From the NCBI GenBank assembly GCA_017435465.1, contig JAFSEX010000038.1:720-64719 (forward strand): 64,000 nt of DNA, read 5' to 3'. A program made the position numbers and the translations under genes. This DNA is from Bacilli bacterium. GTDB lineage: Bacteria > Bacillota_I > Bacilli_A > RF39 > UBA660. The notes under the pieces are model-generated. The model did no database searches. It was given only the letters and a program-made list of their open reading frames with translations, and was not told the origin of the DNA. Each line of letters starts with the position of its first letter. The stretch's first letter is position 1. Of this stretch, positions 20,999 through 30,959 are shown one piece after another.

Positions 20999-21976
20999 AT
21001 GAAAGTGTGTGTAATAGGAGGAGCAGGTTATATTGGTAGTCATGCTGTATATGAATTAATTAGAGATGGACATGAAGTAGTAGTAATAGATAATTTATCT
21101 ACTGGTCTAAAAGAAATGGTTCATGAGAATGCAAAATTCTATTTAGGAGATATAACTAAAAAAGATGAATTAACTAACATTTTTGATAAAGAATGTGAAA
21201 TTAAACCATTTGATGTAGTAATGCATTTTGCTGCTAAATTAATAGTTCCAGAAAGCTTAGATCAACCACTAGAATATTATCATAATAATGTTGAAGGTGT
21301 AAGAATTATGCTTGAAGTTATGACTGAACATGATATTAAAAATGTAGTATTCTCTTCAACAGCAGCAGTATATGGAGAACCAGAAAAAGCTTTATGTGAA
21401 GAAACTGATAAAACTAATCCTGTAAATCCATATGGTGAAACTAAACTAGCTAGTGAAAAATTAATTAAATGGGTATGTCAAAAATATGATATGAACTATT
21501 GTATTTTTAGATATTTCAATGTTGCCGGTGCAGATGAAAGTTTAGAAATTGGACTTAAAAAAGATAATTTAACTCATTTAATTCCAGTAACAATTCAAAC
21601 TGCACTCGGGTTGCGTGAAAAAATGATTGTATTTGGTGAAGACTATGATACAAGAGATGGAAGCTGTATAAGAGATTATATCCATGTTTCTGATTTAGCT
21701 TATGCTCATGTTTTAGGTGCGAAATATTTAGTTGAAAATCATAAAAGTTTATTAGTTAACTTAGGTTCAAATGAAGGATATACTGTAAAAGAAGTAATCA
21801 ATGAAGTAGAAAAATATATGCCAGTAAATTATGTTATTGGAGATAGAAGACCAGGTGATCCAGCAAAAATAGTTGCTTCAAACGCTAAAGCAAAAGAATT
21901 ACTTGGATGGTCACCAAAGAAAAATTTATCAGATATGATAAGAACTGATATGGAATTTAGAAAAAAGAATTGTTAA
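20999..21976 (+). CDS. galE: UDP-glucose 4-epimerase
   Basis: GGAGYIGSH, FSSTAAVYG, YGETK, RYFNVAGA, IRDYIHV. Confidence 0.93.
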   Translation: MKVCVIGGAGYIGSHAVYELIRDGHEVVVIDNLSTGLKEMVHENAKFYLGDITKKDELTNIFDKECEIKPFDVVMHFAAKLIVPESLDQPLEYYHNNVEGVRIMLEVMTEHDIKNVVFSSTAAVYGEPEKALCEETDKTNPVNPYGETKLASEKLIKWVCQKYDMNYCIFRYFNVAGADESLEIGLKKDNLTHLIPVTIQTALGLREKMIVFGEDYDTRDGSCIRDYIHVSDLAYAHVLGAKYLVENHKSLLVNLGSNEGYTVKEVINEVEKYMPVNYVIGDRRPGDPAKIVASNAKAKELLGWSPKKNLSDMIRTDMEFRKKNC

Positions 21977-22002
21977 AACTTTACAAATTTGTAAAGTTTT
22001 TT
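21975..22002 (+). terminator. Palindromic terminator after galE
   Basis: aaaactttacaaatttgtaaagtttt is a perfect palindrome followed by Ts. Confidence 0.6.
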
Positions 22003-22077
22003 ATGTATTTAAAAGTATTTGTGTAATTAATAATTGTAATATATATTATAAGCATTTAAAAATAGAAAGGAAAAAAT

Positions 22078-22967
22078 ATGAATTATTACAATAAGATAAA
22101 AGAAAAACTAATAAAAAGTGAAATCTATGATAGAGTTAAAGATTATTCAAAAGATAGAAATAAAGTTAATGTGTATTTCGAAATTGGGAAATTATTAAGT
22201 GAAGCAGGTAAAGAATATGGTAAGAATATAATAAAACAATATTCTGAAAAATTAATGATTGAAGTGGGTAAAAAATATAATTTAAACACTTTATATAAAA
22301 TGAGAAAATTCTATGAAGTTTTTAGTAATGAAAAATTGTCCACAGTGTGGACAATTTTGTCATGGTCACATTATAGGGAGTTAATACGACTTAAAAATAT
22401 TAATGAAATAAAATATTACATTAGTATTTGTGAGCAAAACAATCTTTCACAAAGACAATTACATGATAGAATAAAAAACAAAGAATATGAAAGATTAAGC
22501 GATGAAGCAAAGAATAAATTAATGAAATCAGAAAAACTAAAAGTAAACGACTTAGTCCCTACTCCAATAATAATTAAAACTACTTCTCTAAATGATAAAA
22601 AACTGAATATGTATTAAAACAAACAATATTGAATAATTTAGATGAGTTTTTATTACAATTAGGAAATGGTTTTGCTTATATAGGTAATGAATACAAAATA
22701 AAATTAGATGGTAAATATAATTATATAGATTTGTTACTATTCAACATTGAATATAATTGTTATATAGTCATTGAATTAAAAGTAACTGAACTCAAAAAAG
22801 AACATATAGAACAAATTGAGGTATATATGAATTACATTGATGAAAATTTAAAAAAAATTACCCAAGATAAAACTATTGGAATAATAATTTGCAAGCAAGA
22901 TAACAAATATGTAATAAAATATTGTTCTGATGATAGAATTATTTCTAGAGTGTATGAGTTGGTATAA
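22078..22967 (+). pseudogene. DUF1016 / YhcG family nuclease (copy 2), split by a 1-nt frameshift at the A6 run 22597-22602
   Basis: ORFs 22078-22617 and 22629-22967 align to the N- and C-halves of copy 1; the alternate frame reads TEYVLKQTILNNLDEF versus SEKVLQKIILEDIDNF in copy 1. Confidence 0.85.
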
Positions 22968-23070
22968 TAGTTATAGAAAATAATATATCAATTACATAAT
23001 CATTGTTTTTCATTTTACAATTAATTTGTAAAGTTTTTGATTTTTTTTAAAATTTGTTGATAGAAAAATA

Positions 23071-23098
23071 TTGATTCGGGGGGGGAATATTATATAAT
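23071..23098 (+). promoter_or_regulatory. Sigma-70 promoter TTGATT-N16-TATAAT with a G8 tract in the spacer
   Basis: ttgatt 23071-76, G8 23078-85, tataat 23093-98, RBS aaggag before ATG 23125. Confidence 0.7.
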
Positions 23099-23124
23099 AA
23101 AAATATAAGGAGTGGATAACTATT

Positions 23125-23970
23125 ATGGAAAAGAAAAATACAGGATTAATAGTTTTGGTTGTAGTTTTAAGTATTGCAGTATTAGGATTAGGTGGATTTA
23201 TTGTTTATGACAAAGTTTTAAAAAGTGAAAAAGAAGATAATAATAAAATAGAAACTAATAATAATCAAATGAATCAAAGCAATAATATAAATAAATTAGA
23301 TGACACCAAAGAAATAGTGTACACTGAAATTTCTTATAATATAACAGGTCATAACGATGAAATGAATGGTTTATCAGAAATTCCACAAATAAATTTAGAC
23401 ACCAAAAATACAATTGATATAAATATTAATATAATTGATTTCTTTAAAAAAATTATGAAGACTAATAAATTTAAAAACAGTTACAAATATGGTCATGAGG
23501 AAACAGATGATCATCTTATATATAAAATTAATTATGAATATTATATTGAAAATAATATTTTATCATTATTGATAACATATATACATTTATCAGAAGCAAA
23601 AGAAGAATATTCATATATTATATATAACATAAATACAGAAACTGGTGAAATTTTATCTAATAATGATTTGATTTATATTAAAAATTATTCGGCGGAACAA
23701 ATAAGAAATACTTTAATTAAAAATATTGACAATTATTATAAATCAATATTTGATAAAGCAAATATTGAATACAAATATGGAAATACAGTATATGGTATAG
23801 ACTTATATAAATCATCTGAAGAAATTAAAAATTTATTATCAAAATATATAGATTCAAATAATATTTATTTACCACTTTACATAAATTCAAAAGGAATTTT
23901 AAATACATATATGAGTATTCCAGTAGATGGTGGAAGTGGATATGATACAATAACAATTCCATTACAATAA
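23125..23970 (+). CDS. Membrane-anchored extracellular protein (possibly DUF3298/PdaC/RsiV-like)
   Basis: N-terminal TM helix, Asn-rich linker, 'YNINTETGEILSNNDL' motif. Confidence 0.55.
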   Translation: MEKKNTGLIVLVVVLSIAVLGLGGFIVYDKVLKSEKEDNNKIETNNNQMNQSNNINKLDDTKEIVYTEISYNITGHNDEMNGLSEIPQINLDTKNTIDININIIDFFKKIMKTNKFKNSYKYGHEETDDHLIYKINYEYYIENNILSLLITYIHLSEAKEEYSYIIYNINTETGEILSNNDLIYIKNYSAEQIRNTLIKNIDNYYKSIFDKANIEYKYGNTVYGIDLYKSSEEIKNLLSKYIDSNNIYLPLYINSKGILNTYMSIPVDGGSGYDTITIPLQ

Positions 23971-24049
23971 TTTTATAAATCAAGATTGTATAAAAATACA
24001 ATCTTTTTTTGTATATAATATCCAAAATTACCAAAAATATTAAAAGAGT

Positions 24050-25180
24050 GTGATGATTATGGATAACAACAAAAAATTTAATATAACAACTTTTTTAACT
24101 TTTTTTGCAAAAAACATGATAGAAGCATTTATACCTATTATTTTGTACAAAAAAGGATTTAGTATTAACAATATTTTAATATATTTAATGTTTCAATATA
24201 TATGTTCTATATTTGTAATTTGGCTAATTCCCTTAATAGATAAACATTTAAAATATAGGGGATTAGTAATAATAAATACATTATTTTTTATAATCGCATA
24301 CACATTTTTATTTTATATGAATAATTCAATTCTAAATCTTTTTTTACTTGCATTATTTCATACAATACACGGTTCAATGTTTTGGATATTAAGACATATA
24401 TATACTATTCAAATTTATCCTAATGATAATTTATCTAAAAATGTAGGAAATATATTAATATCAATGGAATTTGCACTTCTTTTATCTAGTTATATTAGTT
24501 CTTATATATTAGAGAAAAGTAATCAATTAATTCTAATAATTATATCATCTATAATTTTAATAATTGGAAGTATAATATTACTTAGAATAAAAATAGATGA
24601 TTTTGATAATAAAATGAATTTTAAAGTTTTAAAATCACTAAAAACTAAAAATATTATATTTTTTATATTAGAACAATTCAAAGTAGTCGCAATTACCTTA
24701 TTTCCATTATATATAACAATATTTTTAAATGTAAATTATAAATTTATTGGTATGTTTAATGTATTAATAGGTATTTCATCTATAATATTCATATTCTTAT
24801 TTTCTAGATTAATAAATAAAAGAAAAAAATCATATTTGCTTCCAACTGCAGTACTGTACAGTTTATTATGGTTTTTAAAAATAAATATTAAAACAAAAAT
24901 AATAATTTTAGTTATTGCTTTTTTAGAAGGAATAATATCAAAAATTTATCAAACATCTACTACTAGATTCCTATATTCCCTAGGAAAACATTTTAATACA
25001 ATAGAATATGTTACTGTTGTAGAAATGTTATTTGGATTTATAAGATTTATAATTATTGGTATCACATTATTATTTATAAAAGATTTAAAATTATTATTAT
25101 ATATATGTAGTATTGGTCTTTTATTAACAGGTTTTGTAAAATTTAATGATTTAAATGATGTAAAACAAATTAAAGAATAA
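24050..25180 (+). CDS. MFS-like multi-pass membrane transporter
   Basis: About 12 hydrophobic segments in two halves. Confidence 0.6.
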   Translation: MMIMDNNKKFNITTFLTFFAKNMIEAFIPIILYKKGFSINNILIYLMFQYICSIFVIWLIPLIDKHLKYRGLVIINTLFFIIAYTFLFYMNNSILNLFLLALFHTIHGSMFWILRHIYTIQIYPNDNLSKNVGNILISMEFALLLSSYISSYILEKSNQLILIIISSIILIIGSIILLRIKIDDFDNKMNFKVLKSLKTKNIIFFILEQFKVVAITLFPLYITIFLNVNYKFIGMFNVLIGISSIIFIFLFSRLINKRKKSYLLPTAVLYSLLWFLKINIKTKIIILVIAFLEGIISKIYQTSTTRFLYSLGKHFNTIEYVTVVEMLFGFIRFIIIGITLLFIKDLKLLLYICSIGLLLTGFVKFNDLNDVKQIKE

Positions 25181-25267
25181 AACTTTAGTTTGTTTTTATA
25201 TCGATAAATTTTTAATTTTTTATTTAAATATTTTTAATTTATGATATACTTTATATAGGGTGATTAT

Positions 25268-26410
25268 ATGTTTAGAAAAGATAATAATAAATTAGATATG
25301 CTAAAAATAAATCAATCAATTGATTTATTACATAAAATTTTAAAAATAAGTTATATTTTTATAGTAGTAATTGGCATTTATGCATTTACATTAGTAATGA
25401 AAGAATGGGGAATAATAACATTTTTAAAAACTATATTAAAAGTTTTAGCACCATTTTTTATAGGACTTGTAATCGCTTGGTTATTTAATCCAATAGTTAC
25501 ATATTTAAATAAAAATAAAATTAATCGTGTACTTGGTAGTGTAATAGTATATGCAGTATTTTTAGGAATATTAGTTTTGATGATATCTTCAATAATTCCA
25601 CTTATTACAGAGCAAGTTAATGATTTAGTGGGTACAATACCTGAAATAATTAATAGTGTAAGTGAATGGATTAGCGATGGATTTGAAAAATTTAATAATA
25701 ATTCAAATTTAAATTTATCAAGTTTTAAAGATCAAATTTTCTTAACTATTTCAAATTTTGGTAAAAATATTACGACTGCACTTCCAACAACAATGATGAC
25801 AATCATTACTAGCTTCTTCTCTGGAGTTGGAACATTTGTGTTAGGTTTAATGATAGGTTTCTATATGCTATTCAATTTTGATAATGTAAACAAAACATTA
25901 ATATCATTTTTACCTAAAAATATAAGGAAAGATGCTAGAAAATTACTTGGTGAAATAAATGAAACTTTACTTAGTTTTGTTCATGGAACCTTACTAGTAT
26001 CAACAATAATTTTTGTAACAAATTATATTGGCTTCTTAATAATAGGAGTTAAAGCACCATTATTATTTGCATTGTTTTGTGGATTAACAAATATAATACC
26101 ATATGCAGGACCATATATTGGAGGAATTCCAGTTGCGTTAGTTGCCTTATCCCAAAATACTACAATGGGAATATTTGTAATTATATATATTATTGGGGTT
26201 CAAATGTTAGAGGGAAACTTCTTACAACCAGTAGTAATGAGCAAAACAATGAAATTATCCCCAGTTACAATTTTAATCAGTTTACTTATTTTTGGATATT
26301 TCTTTGGAATAATAGGTATGATGTTTGCAACACCAGTAGTTGCAGTTATAAAAACTATATTTACATTTTTTAATGAAAAATATGATTTAACTAAATATCA
26401 AACAGAATAA
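25268..26410 (+). CDS. AI-2E family transporter
   Basis: AWLFNP, NIIPYAGP, QMLEGNFLQP, GMMFATP. Confidence 0.9.
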   Translation: MFRKDNNKLDMLKINQSIDLLHKILKISYIFIVVIGIYAFTLVMKEWGIITFLKTILKVLAPFFIGLVIAWLFNPIVTYLNKNKINRVLGSVIVYAVFLGILVLMISSIIPLITEQVNDLVGTIPEIINSVSEWISDGFEKFNNNSNLNLSSFKDQIFLTISNFGKNITTALPTTMMTIITSFFSGVGTFVLGLMIGFYMLFNFDNVNKTLISFLPKNIRKDARKLLGEINETLLSFVHGTLLVSTIIFVTNYIGFLIIGVKAPLLFALFCGLTNIIPYAGPYIGGIPVALVALSQNTTMGIFVIIYIIGVQMLEGNFLQPVVMSKTMKLSPVTILISLLIFGYFFGIIGMMFATPVVAVIKTIFTFFNEKYDLTKYQTE

Positions 26411-26490
26411 AGACTAAAAAAGTCTTTTTCTTATACCATTTTTAAATATATAATGTTATAATTAATTTAGTAATTAGGTAGGGTGGTTTT

Positions 26491-27780
26491 ATGAATTTAA
26501 CAGTTTTACCAGCAGATACATATATAGTAGTAAATAAAACCATATTAGAAGACAGTGATAGAAAAATCTTGACCATGTTATATCAACCAATAGTAGGACA
26601 ATTACCAATAAGTTTGTACCTTTCATTGTGGGCTGATTTAGATAAATTAGAAATTATGAGTTTAGAATTTTCACATCATCACTTAATGGCTAATATGAAA
26701 TTAAAACTTAGTGATATTGTGGATGCTAGAAAAAAATTAGAAGCAATTGGACTTATAAAAAGTTATGTAAAAGAAGGTAGCGTAAATAATTATATTTATG
26801 AACTATATGCGCCCTTGAGTGCTCAAGAATTTTTAAATCATCCGATATTAAATGTTGTTTTATATAATAATTTAGGTAAAACAGAATATGAAAAAATAGT
26901 AAATTATTTTAAAGTTCCTAAAATAAATTTAAGAGATTTCAAAGATATTACCGCAACATTTAGTAGTGTATTTGAATCAGTTGCTTATACCTCATTTGAA
27001 AGTATAAATGATGAAATAATAAAGAAAAACAAAACTAATTTAACAATTGAAAGTCAAATAGATTTTGATTTATTAATTTCATCACTACCTAAAAATATTG
27101 TTAATGAAAGAACGTTTAACAAAGAAATTAGAGATTTAATAGTAAAATTATCATTTGTATATGATTTAGGTATTTTAGAATTAGAAAATGTTATTAGAAA
27201 TTCTATAAATGAAAAAGGAATTATAAATAAAACCTTACTTAGAAAAAATTGTAGAAACTATTATCAATTTGAAAATAATGGAAAATTACCAAGCTTAATT
27301 TATAGAACTCAACCAGAATATTTAAAATGTGAATTAAATGAAGTATCAAGTAAATCGAAAATGATATATGTATTTGAAACTGTTTCACCATATAATTTTC
27401 TTAAAAGCAAACAAAATGGTTCAGAACCAACTAGTAGAGATTTAAAACTTTTAGAAATGTTAATGGTAGAATATGGATTAAAACCTGGAGTAGTAAATGT
27501 ATTAATTGATTACATATTAAAAATAAATGATAGTAAATTAAATAAATCATTTACTGAAACTATTGCGGGACAATGGAAAAGACTTAATATTGAAACGGTA
27601 AATGAAGCTATGAGTCTTGCCCAAAAAGAACATAAAAAATATAAAAAAGTAAAAAGTGAAAGTAAAGCTTCAAAAGTAGAAATCAATACTCCAGATTGGT
27701 TTGATCAAAAGATTAAAAAACAAGAAACAAGTATAAGCGAAAAACAAGAATTAGATGATTTATTAAAAGAATTTAGGTGA
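26491..27780 (+). CDS. dnaB: Replication initiation/membrane attachment protein DnaB (Firmicute type)
   Basis: LYQPIVG, LEAIGL, GVVNVLIDY; adjacent to dnaI and thrS as in Bacillus. Confidence 0.9.
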   Translation: MNLTVLPADTYIVVNKTILEDSDRKILTMLYQPIVGQLPISLYLSLWADLDKLEIMSLEFSHHHLMANMKLKLSDIVDARKKLEAIGLIKSYVKEGSVNNYIYELYAPLSAQEFLNHPILNVVLYNNLGKTEYEKIVNYFKVPKINLRDFKDITATFSSVFESVAYTSFESINDEIIKKNKTNLTIESQIDFDLLISSLPKNIVNERTFNKEIRDLIVKLSFVYDLGILELENVIRNSINEKGIINKTLLRKNCRNYYQFENNGKLPSLIYRTQPEYLKCELNEVSSKSKMIYVFETVSPYNFLKSKQNGSEPTSRDLKLLEMLMVEYGLKPGVVNVLIDYILKINDSKLNKSFTETIAGQWKRLNIETVNEAMSLAQKEHKKYKKVKSESKASKVEINTPDWFDQKIKKQETSISEKQELDDLLKEFR

Positions 27781-27781
27781 T

Positions 27782-28705
27782 ATGATGGAGAAAATCGCAA
27801 CAAAAGTAAAATTTAAAATTAATGATTTAGATGATAAATTAAGAGAAAATTATCTTAAAGCTATGAAAAATGAAATCTTCAAAAAAGTTGTTAGAAATCT
27901 ACATGTTAAAGAAGATACAATTATAAAAAATACTGCTAAAATAAATAAAACAGTAGAACAACTAGAAAAATGTATGAATTGTAAAAGTTTATTAGAGTGT
28001 AAAAATGAAATAAACGGATTTGTTTATTATCCAGAAGTTAGTAATGGTAATTTAAACTTTTCTTATATTGCTTGTAAGCATAAGAAAAAATTTATAAAAG
28101 ATAATTCATATTTAGATAATATTTATTCATTTGATATACCTAAAGAAATAATAAATGCTAAAATGAAAGATATACATACAGATGATAAAAACCGTATTGA
28201 AACTATTAAATGGTTGAAAGATTTTATAATTAATTATGACTCGCATAAAAAGAAAAAAGGACTTTATTTACATGGAAGTTTTGGTTGTGGAAAAACATAC
28301 TTAGTTGCGGCATGTTTTAATGAACTTGCTAAGAAGGGAATAAAAAGTGCGATAATATATTGGCCAGAATATTTAAGAAGCTTAAAAGCATCTTTTGATA
28401 CTGATTTTTCAAGTAAGTTTGATAATGTAAAAGAGGTTGAATTATTACTTATAGATGATATTGGTGCCGAAAACACAACAGCATGGGGAAGAGATGAAAT
28501 TCTAGGTCCAATATTACAATATCGTATGTTAGAACACTTACCAACATTTTTTACTTCTAACTTATCGTTACAAGAACTCGAAAGCCATTTTAGTATAACA
28601 AATAATAAAGTTGATGTTGTAAAATCTAGACGAATTATGGAAAGAGTAAAAGAATTAACAACAGAAATAAAAATGGTTAGTGAAAATAAACGAAATAATA
28701 ATTGA
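27782..28705 (+). CDS. dnaI: Primosomal helicase loader DnaI
   Basis: Zn-finger cysteines, GSFGCGKT, LLIDDIGAE, WGRDEILGPILQYRM. Confidence 0.93.
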   Translation: MMEKIATKVKFKINDLDDKLRENYLKAMKNEIFKKVVRNLHVKEDTIIKNTAKINKTVEQLEKCMNCKSLLECKNEINGFVYYPEVSNGNLNFSYIACKHKKKFIKDNSYLDNIYSFDIPKEIINAKMKDIHTDDKNRIETIKWLKDFIINYDSHKKKKGLYLHGSFGCGKTYLVAACFNELAKKGIKSAIIYWPEYLRSLKASFDTDFSSKFDNVKEVELLLIDDIGAENTTAWGRDEILGPILQYRMLEHLPTFFTSNLSLQELESHFSITNNKVDVVKSRRIMERVKELTTEIKMVSENKRNNN

Positions 28706-28744
28706 AATTAATTTAAATGTGTGATAATATATAGACATATTTTG

Positions 28745-28950
28745 AATAACTGTGACAAAGGACATGATTGTTAATTACTTATTTTATAGAGAACTAGTGG
28801 TTGGTGAAAACTAGTAATAAGATTAATAATTACTACCTTTTGAAGTTGAAGTATCAAAAAATACTTCCGGTGTTTACCGTTATATTAATTAAGAAAAAGG
28901 TAGGATGGTACCGCGTATAAACGCTCCTTGTTGGGATGCGTTTTTTTATT
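28745..28950 (+). ncRNA. T-box riboswitch (Thr specifier ACU/ACC) upstream of thrS
   Basis: AGAGA and GGTGAAA stem I motifs, specifier tACTAccttt, T-box AGGATGGTACCGCG at about 28902-28915, terminator aaacgctcc...ggatgcgttttttt. Confidence 0.9.
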
Positions 28951-28965
28951 TTTGAGGGGGATTTT

Positions 28966-29184
28966 ATGAAAAATAATGTAGTACACACAAAAGATAGATA
29001 TTATCAAAATATGCAAGTAAAAAAATTAGAAAATATTATTCAAAACTTGGATTATTATGGTTTCACTGATGAGAGCAGTAAATTAATTAAAATTTTAGAT
29101 AAAAAGATTAACAAAATATATAGTCCAGAAATGAATAGAAAAGAAAATGTAAAAAGTTTTTCAAAATATAGAAAGAGAGGATAA
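28966..29184 (+). CDS. 72-aa orphan protein between the T-box and thrS
   Basis: Strong RBS gagggg, ATG 28966, stop 3 nt before the thrS start. Confidence 0.6.
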   Translation: MKNNVVHTKDRYYQNMQVKKLENIIQNLDYYGFTDESSKLIKILDKKINKIYSPEMNRKENVKSFSKYRKRG

Positions 29185-29187
29185 GAA

Positions 29188-30924
29188 ATGAGAAATATTA
29201 AAGAAGATGAAAAATTAAATATTTTAAATCACAGTTGTGCACATTTACTTGCACAAGCAGTAAAACATTTATATCCAAATGCTAAATTTTGGGTAGGTCC
29301 AGTTATTGATTCAGGATTTTATTATGATATTGATTTAGGTGATGAAGTAATAAAAGAAGAAGATTTGCCAAAAATTGAAAAAGAAATGAAAAAAATAAGC
29401 AAAGATGGTAAAAGAATTTATCGAGAAGAATTATCAAGAGTTGATGCTTTAGAAAAATTCAAAGATGATTTATACAAGATTGATTTAATAAACAATATGG
29501 ATGATAACACAGTTATTTCTTGTTATACACAAGGAGATTTTACAGATCTTTGTCGTGGACCACACGTTGATACTGTTAAAGTTATTAAACACTTCAAACT
29601 AATAAAGGTTAGTGGTGCATATTGGAAAAATGACGCTAAAAATAAAATGCTTCAAAGAATTTATGGTGTATGTTTTGAAACTGAAGAAGAACTAACTGAA
29701 CATCTAAACTTGCTTGAAGAAGCAAAAAAACGCGATCATAAAAAATTAGGAAAAGAATTAGATCTATTTATGATTAGTGAATATGGACCAGGATTTCCAT
29801 TCTTCTTAAATAATGGAATGATTCTTAGAAATGAACTTGAAAATTTCTGGTATAGTGAACATACAAAAGAAGGATATGAATTTATTAAAACACCAATCAT
29901 GTTAAATAAAGATTTATGGGAATTATCAGGACATTGGTATAACTATAGAGAAAATATGTACACATCAGAAATTGATGATAAAACTTTTGCAGTTAAACCA
30001 ATGAACTGTCCAGGTGGAATGTTAGTATATAAAAACTCACTTCATTCATATAAAGATTTACCACTTCGTGTTGGTGAATTAGGACTTGTTCATAGACATG
30101 AGGCAAGTGGGGCACTTAATGGATTATTTAGAGTTAGAACATTTACTCAAGATGATGCTCATATATTCATGATGGAAGAACAAATAGAAGAAGAAGTAAT
30201 TAGATTAATTAATTTTATTGATAGAATATATTCAATATTTGGTCTAACATATGATATTGAATTATCTACTAGACCAGAAGAAAAATATATTGGAGATATA
30301 AGTATTTGGGATAAATCAGAAAAAGCATTAGAAGAAGCATGCCATAAAGCTGGTCATGATTGTAAAATTAATCCAGGTGATGGCGCATTCTATGGTCCAA
30401 AACTAGATTTTCATATTAAAGATTCACTAGGTAGAGTATGGCAATGTGGTACAATTCAATTAGATATGAATTTACCTGAAAGATTTGATTTAACATATAT
30501 TGATAAAAATGGTGAGAAAAAACGTCCAGTTATGTTACATAGAGTAATATATGGTTCAGTAGAAAGATTTATTGGAATTCTAATTGAACATTATGCAGGA
30601 GCATTCCCATTATGGCTTAGTCCAGTTCAAGTAAATGTAATACCAGTAAACAACGAATATCATTTAGAATATTCTAATAAAATTGTTTCTAAATTAAAAG
30701 AAAATAATATTAGAGTTAAACTTGATTCTAGAGATGAAAAACTGGGTTACAAAATTCGTGAAAGTGTTATGAAGAAAAATCCATATATGTTAATTTTAGG
30801 ACAAAAAGAAGTAGATGAAAATATGATAAGTTACCGCAAACGTGGAACTGAAGAAACTATAACTTTAACACTTGATGAATTTATTATATTATTAAATGAT
30901 GAAATGGAAAATAAAATTATATAA
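29188..30924 (+). CDS. thrS: Threonine--tRNA ligase (short form lacking the N-terminal TGS domain)
   Basis: HSCAHLLAQA, DLCRGPH, RDHKKLG, KPMNCP, RVRTFTQDDAH, QCGTIQLD. Confidence 0.97.
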   Translation: MRNIKEDEKLNILNHSCAHLLAQAVKHLYPNAKFWVGPVIDSGFYYDIDLGDEVIKEEDLPKIEKEMKKISKDGKRIYREELSRVDALEKFKDDLYKIDLINNMDDNTVISCYTQGDFTDLCRGPHVDTVKVIKHFKLIKVSGAYWKNDAKNKMLQRIYGVCFETEEELTEHLNLLEEAKKRDHKKLGKELDLFMISEYGPGFPFFLNNGMILRNELENFWYSEHTKEGYEFIKTPIMLNKDLWELSGHWYNYRENMYTSEIDDKTFAVKPMNCPGGMLVYKNSLHSYKDLPLRVGELGLVHRHEASGALNGLFRVRTFTQDDAHIFMMEEQIEEEVIRLINFIDRIYSIFGLTYDIELSTRPEEKYIGDISIWDKSEKALEEACHKAGHDCKINPGDGAFYGPKLDFHIKDSLGRVWQCGTIQLDMNLPERFDLTYIDKNGEKKRPVMLHRVIYGSVERFIGILIEHYAGAFPLWLSPVQVNVIPVNNEYHLEYSNKIVSKLKENNIRVKLDSRDEKLGYKIRESVMKKNPYMLILGQKEVDENMISYRKRGTEETITLTLDEFIILLNDEMENKII

Positions 30925-30927
30925 ACA

Positions 30928-30954
30928 AAAAACTACACAAATTGTAGTTTTTTT
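30928..30954. terminator. Bidirectional terminator between thrS and the convergent gene
   Basis: aaaaaactaca...tgtagtttttt. Confidence 0.7.
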
Positions 30955-30959
30955 GATAT

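Noticed and set aside
22336-22354. Inverted DnaA-box-like pair (TTGTCCACA) and boxes at 32581/32637 as a replication origin
   Set aside because: Too few boxes, one pair is intragenic, and no dnaA/dnaN is nearby; better explained by the DUF1016 palindrome or chance
28936-28965. Upstream ATG for the 82-aa version of the ORF before thrS
   Set aside because: Lies inside the T-box terminator; ATG 28966 has the RBS
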